NCBI GenBank assembly: GCA_001643675.2
Contig: LSRY02000011.1
Location: 620,001 to 684,000, forward strand
Direction: 5' to 3'
DNA from: Monocercomonoides exilis PA203
Lineage: Eukaryota; Protista; Preaxostyla
Length of the DNA stretch: 64,000 bases
The position numbers were made by a program, and so were the translations under genes. Under the pieces are notes generated by a model. That model saw only the letters and a list, made by a program, of their open reading frames with translations, searched no databases and was not told the origin of the DNA. Positions 25,674-39,400 of this stretch are shown here, one piece after another (the first letter of the stretch is position 1; each line of letters starts with the position of its first letter).

Positions 25674-28600
25674 ATGTCCAATAGGCTTCAAGCTTTATCA
25701 ACAAATAAATTTGATTCAAAACTCTCAGGGACTCACACGCAAAATCAAATTGTTTTTTCAAAGCAACCAGAACACTTCTTGAATCAAAAACTTGCAAAAA
25801 GAATCTTGCAATCACATTTTGAATCTCCAAGCTCGTCTCCACCTGCTGTGTCTTCATGTTTGTTACATCTTAAAATAATTTGTTTTATTTTTGATTTTAA
25901 AACTCTTTTACAAACTTTTGTTTCCCTTCTTTAAAACATGTGTCAGCATTTAAAATGTCACATTCAGAAAGAATGCACCCAAAAAATGTGAACAGTTCAT
26001 TATTGAAAAATAAAGCAACCACAAGCAAGAATATAGACTCCAGAGATGGACAGAAAAAAACGGATATTACAAGAGAATGGCAGATGAAAGAAACAGATGA
26101 TTTCAGTCTTTCAGACGGGGAAAGCGACTCTTCGACATATGAACTTATTGAAGAAGAACTACCTCCAGCAAGCGAGACGAAAAAATCAAAAAATACAATG
26201 CTTTCAAAAGATATCGATGAATCTCCTACAACTCGACTCACAAAAATAAGAGACATGCTTGCAGCATCAAAACATTTCCTTCAGCAACCTATTCGATCCA
26301 ACACTTTGCCGCAAAGACAATTTCCAAGTGTTGGATCGCAAAATCCACAACTTGTTCATCCCGAAGCAAGAACAGAGAGGGATCGTGATGAGTCTTCAAA
26401 TGAAGAAAAGTCTGTGCTCAATGTTGGGGTGATTCAAAGACAAATGACAACACAAACAACAGAAGAGAGAAGCATATCAACTCGTGAGATTAGTGATAAA
26501 GGAACAAATCAGGATGAAAAGAACAAAACTGTCACAGTTAAAGAAAAAACAGAAAAGAGAAACGATGCAAGTTGGACGAATCGAAACGGAGAAAGATGCG
26601 GATATGGACAGCAATATCGGACGAAGATGCTGAAAGAGAATCGTATGGAGCGAAAAATTACCAACTCTTCAAAACCCCTGACTGAAACAAGAGGTGAAAT
26701 GCTTGAACAGCTTCTATCGTCAACGCAGTCGTGCACATTGGAGAAAGGAGAAGGACGACCTGCTGTGAAAGATGCAACAACAAGCACAGAACAATTAGTG
26801 CTTCAAGAAACTGGAAAGAAGAAGAAGAAGAAGAAGAAGAAGAAAGAAATAGAAGCAAAGGAGTTTAAAGCAGGCAATATGCAGATGAATGATGAACCAA
26901 TGAAAGAAGACAACGACAAACACGAAGCTTTGCGGAATGATATTTCTGAAAGAAGAACAACAGAAAGCTCATTAAACGTTGATAACAAGGAAGCAGACAA
27001 TGTATTTGAAAACTCTTCAGCAGCAAAATTCATTGCTATGACACCTGAATCTTCAAATAATGAGTGGGAAAAAAGAATCAAAGAAAAAAGATTAACTGAA
27101 TGTGAAGAGAAGGAAAAAGAAGGAAAAGAAAGCACAACAAGAAACACAGAAAACAGTCAAAAAAGTCCTGTTGCGAATGACGGAATATTTCCAAAAGGAA
27201 GCATTCATAAAAATGCAAAATGGCAAACAAATGAGTCAGAAATCGATAATGAAAAAAGCGACAAAGCGAGAGAAGATGGAGAGTTAAACACCTTTCATGG
27301 ATTTGGGGATGAGCATCGAAGCAAGTCAAAAGAAGATGCATCTCTTGCAATCATTCAGCAAATGACACAAGAAGCTTTGAACAGACAAGCCACACCATAC
27401 AAATCGAGACAAACAAGCAGACAATCTGACAGTCCCAGTAAAATGGAAGAAGAGCAACAGAGTTCTTTGTCAACATTCTCACCGGCTGATGGACACAACT
27501 TGAAGATGGATGCACTAGATTCACCATCTCACGACTTGTCAGCCTCACTGTCTACACTGTCATCTTCGCTTACCCTTGAATCAGAGTTAACTCCATCTTC
27601 AATGAAAATATTGAATCAATCCTCGTCAAACACTCAAAATGTTTCACATCCATATCCATCTGATCCCACAACGAATTATGAAGTGGAAGGAGAAGTGATG
27701 AATGGTTTGCCTTTGATGGAATCACAGCAACAGGCAGAAGTTGCAGCAAATACAGATGCAGCTGATAATGATGCTTCATCTGGCGAAAGTCCCATGGAGA
27801 AAGCAAAGGAAAACAACTCTTCACCACTCAGTTCAACCCGAACAACATCATTTTCATCACCTTCTTCAGCAATTCCACAACTTCCACCAAGCCCCATCTC
27901 CCAAAAAACATCATCTTCTCCTTTGCAACTGGCAACTCCAAACTCATCCACAGCATCGCCATCACCTTTGCCAAGTTGTTCTTCTTCATTTTCCTCTTCT
28001 CCTTCATCTCTTTCGCAAAACACTCATCTTTCAGTTCATCCTTCGAATGCGCCTTCAATCAATTCAATATCACCTCGTCTTTCACAACGTACCACTTCAC
28101 CAAGTTCTTCTTCGATGCTTACTCACAGGCATTTTTCACGCTCTGGTTCTGCTTTTTCTCCACTTCCACCACTGCCTCCACTTCCTCCTTCATCTGCTTC
28201 ACCATCTTCTTCAGCCTCATCTATCACTTCAGCTCAGTCATTTCCAATTCCTTCTTTTCCCTCTTCTGGAATGCAAAATGCTCAATCAGTTGCTTCAAGC
28301 TCTCCTTCATTAACTGCCACTTCCTCATCATCAACAGCTTCTTCAGTGATTTCCACTCCATCATCTTTTCATTCTCTATCAACACCTCCTTTTTCAAGCA
28401 CTTCATCTCGCATCATGTCTCCTCTGCTGCCGCACACATCACCTTACCAAGCGCAACGCTCCCTTTTGCTTGACTTCTCATCAGCTCCACTTGCTTCATC
28501 TTCTCCAAGACAAACAAGCAATATGTTGATGCGATCTTCACCAACCACTCCAGTACATTTGTCTGGTGATTCTTCTTTAGTTCAACAAAAGTCTCAGCAG

Positions 28601-31600
28601 TCATTTCTTTCTGCACCACAGAATTCTTTTCCATATCCAGTCGAGTTAAATAGTTCCACAGAGGAGCTTTCGAGGGAAATCAACAATTCACCGAAACTGG
28701 CTCAGCCACAACAGAATAACCATTTATCTGATAATACACGCAACTTATCAGAATCAGAAAAGATTAAACAACCAAAAAATGAAGAGGAAGTCCAAAACTC
28801 AGATAATCAAGAAGAACTTCACTTTGCAACAGAAAATATGGTATCGGAGGATATTGCCTCACGAAAGAAGAAAAAGAAAAAGAAGAAAAAGAAGAAAAAG
28901 AAGGACAATGGACAAGAACAGGATATTATTGATGCAGTCGGATTTGATGCAATTGCAACTCAAGGGAACATTTCAATTTCATCTGGAGCAAAAGAAGAAG
29001 ATATTTCAAAAGAAAATTATGAAAGTGCGAACAAAGCTCTCAAAACAGAAGTGCAAAATCAAGAAGCAAGCCAAACAACAAAAACAGAACAGAACATTTC
29101 ATCTGTGCAATCACTTCCTTCGCAAACACCCTTTTCACTTCCGCATTCAACTTCTGCTTCACCAGCTCATTTCACCACTCATTCGCCATTTCATTCAGAT
29201 GCGCTCCATTTGCATCAGTCTCCCGCGAAGTCCAGTGCTTCTGATTCAGATATTGAAAAGAATACGCATCCAACTGTTGAACACCTTCAAACAGCTACTA
29301 TTTCAGATCAAACACAAACGTCCACAGAAAAGCCAATGGATTCACATTCTCCTTCAGTGAATGTTCCTTTGAATGAGCATCCATTTCCCGTTGAGCCTGC
29401 TGTTGCGGTTGCAAAAATAGCTTCTCCTGTGACGTATTCAAAAGAGTCAAATGAAACAAATTCTACGCTGTCTTGTGATTCACCTCATTTTCCTCTAACT
29501 TCAACTGCAAATGAACAGCTTGCTAATTCAATGACTTCTGATTCTGGAAGACATCACTTTTCAGAGCACATTTCCACTGAAAGCAATAAAGAAACAATCC
29601 GACCCATTTCACCAACTACGCAAGGCGCAGTGTGGAATTCTTCATCACCACAGATGCCAGCAGCTCAGACGTTGCCACAAGAATTGGCGGTTGCATCGTC
29701 ACATTCATTCAACAATCTTCCTTCTTCTGCCTTCTCACCTCTTCCATCTCCAAAAGCATGTGACTCGTCTATGATTGACATGTCAATGATATCCACTGTC
29801 TCTTTGCCAAGCCACACAACAATGATATTGTCAGAAAATGTTCCATTTTTATTATCATCTTCTTCTTTCAACATGCATCAAGCATCAAATATTCAGTCAT
29901 CACTGAAACAAGACACTCCGAACAAGAATCAGCCAACAGAAGAACATTCACAATCTGAGTGCTTGCTTCAATTCTCTCCAAGAAATTCTGCAGGTAGTGA
30001 CGAGTCTGATAAAGCTGTTGCTTGCTCCAATGAAAAGCAAAATACAGATTCAAAAACAAAAAATGAAGACAATCCAGCAAAAGAGCAGAACGAAAAAGAA
30101 AAGGCAGCAATGAGCAAGTTGGGTCCAGCAACAGCAATAAAGTCATTGACTGAACATTTAGTGAATGGCTCTCTTCTTCCTCCATCTTCCTCTCTTTCTG
30201 TAACTCCGCCATCGAATTCAATAACACCCACACTTCATTCAACACCTGTTTCTCTATCAGTCTCACCTTCATCATCATCCTTTGCACCACTAACATCTTC
30301 TCCATCTGGAAGATTTTCAGTGTCTTCGTCGTTTCTGCTTTCACCTGAATCGTTGAAGCGGAGGCTGCTTGAAGAGAAGGCAGAAAAGGAAGGAGAGAAA
30401 GAAAACAGAGAAGCGAAAAGGAAGAATGAGAAATCGATCAGAAACTCTTTGGAAAACAGATTTCATGAAAACGAGGAATTTGATGAGCAAAGGACTGCGA
30501 AAGAGATCATGAAAAGAAAGCAAAGAGAGATTCATCTGGAATTGGAAAAGGAAGAATTGAGAGATGAGGAAAAGGCAGCAGAACGGTTCATTTCATCAAA
30601 AGACAAATTTCACGATGAAAAAAGCATGAAAGAAACATCAACCGAGGAAAAGATACATCACAGCTCACATGTTGCCAGCAGCCAAGCATCGCATTCTGAA
30701 AGCTCAACAGGAAGGAATTTGCGTTCTCCAGCAAAAACAAGTTCTGCGGAGCATCACACTGCGAATCACTTGAATCGAGCTGAAGGGGAGAAAGAGCACA
30801 CAAAGCACACGAACCATTCTCGTATGTTGCATTCTCAACGCATCCACAACTCGCACAGTCTTGTCAACCACTCACATCCGTTGCAAACGCCCGGCTCTTC
30901 AGAGCGATGCGATTCAACTGATGATTTTGAGGATGAGGATTCTGATTATTCTGCGCCTTCTGCCTCTTCCGTTTCCTCAGCATCTCCATCTTCATCGATC
31001 TCTCCAAAACATAATAACAAACTGTCATTCCGCTTTGGCAAAAAAGAGAATAAGAGCAGAGAAAAAGAAGAGAGAAACAACGCAAAACGAGGTGAGTCAG
31101 AACACGATGAATATTTGGGATTCTCTGAATTCTCTGAATTTCGAGTGTCATCTCCACCATCTCATCCATTTTCACATTTCCCTTCTTCAGAAGTGTTGCA
31201 TCAGTCTGAGCCGCATTCTCTTCCGCTTCCCACTTCTCATCCACTGTCTCCCCGCCAAATTGAGCATCAGGTTGAATCGTCTCATCACTTCATGCAATCG
31301 ACATCTGCACCGCTGACATCACCAGATCGAATACGGCAGACACTTGCAACGTATCCTTCGTCTGATGCATCTGCATCCAATCACACATCTTCTGCCTTTT
31401 CACCAGTATCCACTGCATCCTATTCAACTTCTTCATCAACTTCATCATCCTCGTCTGAAATTGTGATGCTTCGAAGTGATTTGAACGAGATGAAGACGAA
31501 AATAGAAATGCTTGCACGGCAAGTCACAGACGCTGACAAAAGAGAGCACGAATGGAAATGGAAAGAAGAAACGTGGAAGAGGCAAAAGACAGAGGCTCAT

Positions 31601-33214
31601 GAGAGAGAAGAGATGTGGAAAGACAAAGTGGAGAGAATGAAGAGAAAAGAAGAAGAAAAAGCTCGAATCGAAGAAAGGGAAAGGCAAGAAAGCGAGACGA
31701 AAAGAAGAGATGCTGCACGAGAGAGTGAAAGAGAACGAAGTGAATTGAAAGCGAGACTGAAAGAGAAAGAGGATTCACTGCTGAGAACACAGGAAGCGCT
31801 TGCAGCTTGCAAAAGAGAAATTGAAGAAATGAAAAACAGAAACGAGATAGAGATTGAAGAGATAGAAAAGGAGTGGCGTGAAAGGTGGAGGGAAAGAGAG
31901 CGGGAAATTGAAAGTGAAGAGAAAAGGAAGACAAAGGCAGAGGAGAAAAAATGGAAGGAAGTGATTGATAGAATGAACGAAGAAAACAAGCAGGAAAGGC
32001 AGAAAAGAAGAGAGGCAGAAGAAGAGTGTGGGCGGATGAAAGAAGCGATGGAATTTGACAAGCGAGAAAAAGAAAGGCAGCTGGGAGAGATTGCGAATGA
32101 AATGAGAGTTGAATGGAAAAGAAAGATTGAGCGAGACAAGGCAGATGTGGAGGCAGAGCTGAGCGAGATGAAGGAGAAGTGGAGGAATGAAAAGCAGAGT
32201 TTGATAAAAGTGAATGAAGAGCTGGAGAAGAAATTGGATGGAGTGAAAAGGGAAAACGAAGAGATGAAATCAGAAAGGAAACAAATGAATGGAGAAAAAG
32301 CAGAACTGGAGGAAGCAAAGAATGATCTGGAAAGATCGCTGAAAGCTCAGGGAAACGAGATGGAAGAATTGAAGCGGCGCGTACGAGATGCAAATGATGA
32401 AAAAGAACAGCTGAAGCAATCTGTGGATTATTTGAACAAGAAATTGAGGGAAGAACAGAATTTGAGAGAAGAGGAGAAAAAATTGTGGATGGAAAGAGAA
32501 AGAGCAAAAGCTAGAGAATATGAGAGAGAAAAGGAATATGAACGGCAGAGAGAAAGAGAAAGAGATAGGGAAAGGGAAATGGAAAGAGTGAGGGAATGGG
32601 AAAGAGATAGAGAACACCAGAAAAGACTTGAATCGATAAGCAATCTTCGATCATCATATCCATCAGCATCGTTTTCTTCATCATACACACCCACTTCCCT
32701 TTTTTCTCCATATCACTCTGATGTTTCTGTGCTTCCATCATTTCCCACAAGTTATTCAAAGTCGTTGCAATCTCCTCCAGAATCTCCACACACGAAACTT
32801 CTTTCTTCGCCTTCCTCGTCTCCAAAAACTGTGTCACAACATTCTCTGCAATACCCATCTCCTTCAGACTCGACAAATTCGTCTCCGTTTCGAGCAACAA
32901 CTCAGACACACTCATTTTCATCAATGCAATCCACATCATTAACTGAAGCATCCTCCTCTTCCTCTTCCCCTTCCTCTTCAGCAAGTTCAAGACAACCAGA
33001 AGCAGCCACTCTCAATGAGCTGCAAAAAGCACTCAGTGCAAAACAGATGGAGTTTTCATCATTGCAATCTGCATTGGCACGAATTGGGCGAAAAGGGCAG
33101 CGCCAAGCAGAAGTGAAGAGAGAAAGAGAGAAGACAGAAAACGAAATGAACCAAGTTGAACGAGAAATAAACGAACTGAAATGCAGACTGCGGATGATGG
33201 TGGCAAAAAAATAG
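25674..33214 (+). CDS. Large (~2,480 aa) Ser/Pro-rich disordered protein with long C-terminal coiled coils; function unknown
   Basis: 2,424-codon open frame 25940-33214, probably preceded by a short exon from ATG 25674 via a phase-1 GT-AG intron (tentative). E/K/R-rich heptads at ~31460-32640 and ~33010-33210; two poly-Lys tracts. Confidence 0.7.
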
Positions 33215-33476
33215 ATCATTTCTAAATACACATCTGAATATTCACATTTTTGTGTTTTTGCTTTTGATATGCATATTTCAAAACAAAACAAAAAAAATAA
33301 GCATATACCAACAGAAAAAAAGAAACGAAAACAACAAGAATTTGATGCATACAAAATTCATATTTCTCAAGAACATAAAAATGAAGAAGGGGCCATTGTG
33401 TGAATAATTCTGAAATACACTTGAAAATGATTTTTTTTTGCTGTTTTCTCTTTTTTGTGATTCACGAGCAGCTCTG

Positions 33477-36400
33477 TCACTGCTCCGAGCTCATCATCTG
33501 CCCAGTGGACAGCCTTTGATCCTCAACAAAGCTGACTGCTTCATAGTCGATTGCATCAGACACGGTGAGCATGACTGTGCCTGCTGGGAAATGCCCAATG
33601 AACTCCCGCTTCAGCCCGACAAGCGTTGGCCTTTCTTTTCGGTCAACCGAAAGGCACTCCTTTATCACTTCGCAATAGCTCGTCTCAATCGTCTTGCTTG
33701 TGTCGGGCCTTTCTCCTCTCACAATCTTATCTCCCGCAATCACAGCCTCATACTCCCCAAACGGGATCTGCAGTGTCAGGCTCTCCCACAGCATCATCCC
33801 AATCGAGAATGCAACAGTCTTCTTCGTTGCATGCGTCTTTGCGCCATTCAGCAGCTCTGGCGCCTTCCACCTCAAACACTCTTTTTTGAAGTCATCCTCA
33901 TCCTCAAATGCTGAAGATGGCGGTGGTGAGCCTCTGCCATTCTTATTGATGGTTGAATCATCAGATGAGGAAGTGATAATGGTGGATGATGAGATGGATG
34001 ATGAATCTGAATCTGAAGATAAATCCGAGTGCATCACGATGCAGATTACCATGTGCTCAGAGAACAGAACAATGTGCGGACTCAGATTCGCAAGAGAAGA
34101 AAGAGGATTTTCCATCTCATCGAAAGAGTGGAGAGCGAGATTTGCCACCCAGAACATGATCTGAGCAGCTGTTTGCTCCCTCTCCTGTAGAGTGCCAATT
34201 GTCATCTCCTTTGTCTTGTTGCTTCCATGAAGCAGCATGAACAATGAATCCCTCAGATCCACAATCAGTTTCTCATGAGGAGATGAACAGGCCATTGCAT
34301 CCACCAGATTCGACATCGACGAAGTGGTTGGGCAAAGATCCTCTCCTCGAACAAATGTTGAATCTGAATCTGAAGTGTCTGTGGTTGAAGTGGATGAAAT
34401 GGAAGGTGATGGTGTTCGTTTTCTCGTTTCGTCCTCGATCTTTTTCTCATCGATTTTCTCTAGCATCCATTGAGGGATCTTGTCAGAATCTCTCCCCAAA
34501 ATATATTCTGTGGAGCCATTCTCACTCAACAAATACTCTTCTGACTCAGAATGCTGCATCTCCTTTCCATTCATTCTCTTTTTGATCCTCTCCTCATTCT
34601 TCTTCTCTGCCTCCCTCTCTGCTCTTCTCCACTGCTCCTCTGGAGACATCTCCATTGTCACCATCTCAAATGCCTTCGGATCTTTTCTGATGTTATCATT
34701 TACTATTTCTCTCAGATCTTTATTCTCATTCTTTGCTTTTTTCCAACGAATAATAAAGGCTATTGCAACAACAAGAACAATCAAAAACAATACAGCAAAT
34801 ATCACAATCACAATCAACATCCAATAAGATTTCTCTTTATTTCCTCCTTCAACAAGTTTTTCATCTCCTTTGGGCTGAATTTCGCTTCTATTCTTCAGAA
34901 CGAAAGATTGAGTTGATTTTGGAGCATCTATCTTTCCATATTGAATTTTAACACTCACTTCCATATCGTCTCGAGCATTGCGTATCAAATCTGCGGAAAT
35001 CACCCCAAATACCATATTTTCTGACTCAAACTTAGATTCTTCGAAAATATGAGTCTCAAGCATCTCTTCATCTCCCACTCTGGTAGAGACAACGAATGAC
35101 AGATTACATGGTAACAAAAGAGATCCCTCAAATGCCAATGTTATCAGTGTGTCTTTTTCTTCGCTTTTAACATTCCTCAATGAAGGAATGAACAGTGTCG
35201 AAGGTCTCATATCGGCTATTCCCGCCATTTCACACCCATCATCAAGAATCCAGAGAGACGAATTATCTCTCCATCCATCACCTCCTTTGAGACTGGTAAT
35301 CTCGAGAGATGCTCCATCTGAGCATATGATGTTCCTTCTTGCAGAAGGAAATTTAATATGCTGTGGATTGTTATCTGCGAACATCCCCATCTCAATCGTC
35401 ATTTCTCCTCCACACATTGACATCGCTCCATTTGAACAGTTGGCGATGAGCATGCCTCTCATCGTGGTAGAAGAATTTTTCAGTTCGATCATTGACCCAT
35501 TCCATCTGCAAATCGCTTTGCCTTCATCAATAGCTTCATTGATTGATATGTCATTCTCACTTCCTTCAATCACTGCAGTGTCCACAGAAACATCAATGCA
35601 CGAACTTATCACAATAGCACTTCCTTTCTTTTGGGATGTTCCCTTGTGGAAAAAGGAATCATTGGCACAGTACACACGGCATCTGTAGTTGTTGATGTTC
35701 AAAAGTGTGGACTCCTCAGGAGGAATTGTGACGTTTTCAATTTGCATGTGAAGAAGTGTCAAAGATGAATTAGACGTGCTGGATTCGCCGTTTGATATTC
35801 CTTCAACGTTAATTATTCCCATATCAGTCTGAACTGAGCACACTCTTAGCTTCTCGAGATAGACATCACCTCCAGACGAGTGAATTTGGACCAACCAAGC
35901 ACAACTGGAGGAAATATGTTCAATCAGCAAATTTTGCATATCAATTTCTGAATATTCCAATTCCAAAAGAACAAAGGAAATATGGGCAATCGAAGATCCA
36001 TCATTCGCAGTGAAACAACAGGATTCGACTGACAGGATTCCATGGTCTAAGAACAAGAATGTTGAATGATCAGTGACCATTGTTGATGGAAAACAAAAAG
36101 AAAGCTGTTTTAAAGCAACTGTTCCAGAGCATTCAATGGTGCAGCTCTTGTTTTTGCTGATAGAAGGGCTGATATGGATTGCAGAATTATTCTTGTTCCG
36201 AGACAGCATCGCCATTTCAGAAAGTGTGATTTCGCAATCAATTACACTTTGCTTATCAACAATCAATCTGCTTTCGAGCTTGTGCGTGAGATGGATGAGC
36301 GAATAACCTATTGTCTGGCATGGAAGAAGGAGTGTTCCACACTGCTGTGTATCTCTTCCTCCATTCTCTGGCTGTGAACTCACAAGGATTGTGTCTGCCT

Positions 36401-39400
36401 GATAGATGAGGATGATTTCGAGTAGATCCATTGGCGTTAAAGAGTGCTCAGCTTTGTCTATCCCAAAAATCGCATTCAGGTGGACAAACACGCTCGAATC
36501 GAAGTTCATTTTAAACATTGTTTCGTTCACTTGAGTGTTCAGATTGTTGCACTCGATAAACATGTCGCGTCCAACAGATGCAGCGTTTGATTCGAACTTC
36601 AGCGGCTCAATCAGGATTTGGAGTTTGGCCTGCAGCTCAGTTCGTAAATAAATGCCTCCTCCTCTTCCATTGATTGTTGAACATCCACACATCTGGACAA
36701 TGCATTCCTTCAGGTTGAACAAACCATCTTCACACAGCTCAAAAAATACACATCCTCCCTTTCTGTTTTCCATTGCTTGACAACCAGAAAAAGTGCATTT
36801 TATCAAATCCACCTCGGAGCCTGTTGAATCAATGCAACTTAGAGTTCGCCCTCCATCACTTCTTCCATCAACAGAATAGAACACTGAGTTGTTGATGCAT
36901 ATTTGTTTATCATTCTCATTTCCCCATTCTGCGACTGATGGAATCATATTTATCAGGCTTCCATCGGTCACATTAATGGATTGGAGGCGTGTGTTATTGA
37001 TGCTCACATCAACTTTGTTGCTGACTTCGATCATGCTTCTTCCGATGTTGATTGAGTTGACATCAAAATCTCGAATAAGCAAGCAACCATGAAGGATGTT
37101 CACAAACATCGCACGAAGTGGACTTGTGCGTGGAGCAAGTGAATTAAGTGAACAAGATGCGATTGCCAGGAATCCGTCTCTGCAAGTTATTAATGCCTGG
37201 TTCAAGCATGAAAAGTTGGCTGTGGTTGAAAACTGAATAAAATTGAATGAAACATCATTTTTCACTTCAAGCATGATATTTTTTGTGGGGACGTCATTCT
37301 CAAATGTCATCACACTCTTTGCGGGTTCATCATCTTCAGCAGAAGACGATTCAACTGCAATGTCTGAAAATAAACACATATCTGTGACTGTGCATGCTGC
37401 AACAATTCCTATTTTCGGTTCAGAAGCATTGCTGCTAATTTGTTCCAAGCCTTTCCAAAAAGTTTTGCATGGATCGTCCATGCTTCCGCATCTCATAACA
37501 TCATGTCCATTATTCGACACAAATATCATTGTGCTCTCATATTTGACAAGAAATCGGAAGAGATCAGTGTGCAAAAATGTTTGATCATCTCCAACAAATA
37601 GTGAGCCATCCGACGCCATCTGCTCATATTCAAATGCAAATGATTTGTTTGTGACAGTGGAGTTCAAATCTTGGCATGTTAAAAATACGTTTTTTCCAAA
37701 TTCTGCTTTGTTATCTCTGAACGAGGGATCTGTTATTGTGAATGCTGAATCGTTTCCTTCCACATCAAGAAAAATTCCACCACCTTTTCCGTTATTTGCC
37801 TCTCCATGCTGCGACCATGGTGCGCTGCATAAAACAAAGCTGCACCCTGTAAGTTTTAAAGTGCAATCATTGCCAATTTTTCCATAAACTCCGCCCCCTC
37901 CTCCATTTGGCTCTGATTCCACTTTACACTCATTAAAAGAGCAATTGTTCACAGCTACAGTTATGATTGCTCCATTTTCTCTCGTAATGCACAAGCATGT
38001 TCCACTATTTGTTGTTCGGGTTACTGATGAAAAGTTGCTGTCGATCATATTTATGGATTTTCCATTTTTGCAAAATACAACGCTGCAATCATTATCTTCA
38101 AATGATGAAAAGTTCACATTTTTGATTGTTAAAGATCCTTTTTTTGACACAGAAATCAACCCTTCATTTGAACCAGAAGATATTTGGCTCATGTTCAAAA
38201 AGTCCAACAAGCCTTTGGTGCCATCTCCACTGATACTTATGAACGGATTTTCTCCGAAAGATACACCAACAATTTCAAATTGTGAGACATTCAACATTCC
38301 ACCAAGTGCGCAGCAAAAACAATAGCTCAAGACATCATCTGTGGAGGATGGAACTGCACCACACATAAGAATGGTCAGCATATTTTCTGTGCAACAGAGA
38401 AGAGGCTTGCAAAGAGGAAGTGAAGATGGAAGAGAGAACGTGATGTTTGTGAACGTTGTGTTTATCCTTGTTTCCAAATATCCATTCACAGGCGATGATG
38501 AGTCCCCAACAATTTTAATGGTTGTTCCCCTTGTGGATGCTGAAAACTCGAAATCAAAGCCTTCAAGCACTGCTGCTTCTTCAAACTGAAACGGAGGAAC
38601 TATGCAAATCTTTCTTGTGGAAGAATCAAAATGAGTGCTGATAGCATATTGCAATGTGGAGCATGGAGACACAGCAAACCCACACATGATATGGTCTGTT
38701 CCTGTTGATCCACTCACCGACACAACAGATGGGAAAGGCTTCCAGAGAAGCACCAATGGAATTGCAGCACCAATTTCGTTTTCGTCAAATCCCATCAGCT
38801 CATCCAGCACACTGTCATTTGTCTGAATTGCAAACTTCGTTTCAACACACAGCTCAGCAAAATCTGAGCCAACAACAAACACACTCTTTCCGTATTCAGC
38901 CTGGTTTCCTGAAAATGTTGTTTGAGAGAACTGGAACATCTTCCCACCGCCAGTGCAATCAATCATAACTCCACCTCCTACTCCTCTTTCGCTCAGACCC
39001 TTTCCTGCGCTACATTGTTGAAAGGTTGTCTCAATTCCATTTACAAGATCTTGACCTATTTCCAGTTTGCTTTCATCATTCATCTTCACCATAAGAGCAC
39101 CACCATTTCCGTCCTGGCATGTGCAGTGAGTGACATTGCATTCAGTGAAGCTCAATTTCTCTCCTGTACCAAGAATGGCTTCTATCAAGGAGCCATTTCC
39201 AGATCTTCGCTCAATCCCAGTGAATGAAGATTGTGTGAAGTTGGTGCATTTTGTGGAAATCATTGAAACAACAGGCTTTCCGTTCATGGATAGATGAGTA
39301 AATGAGCAACAAACAACGTTCATCATTCCCCCATGCAAATCAATGACGGGCTGGGTGAATTGCTGTGTTTGTTCATTTTCCTCACTTCTCAGCTCGCAAT

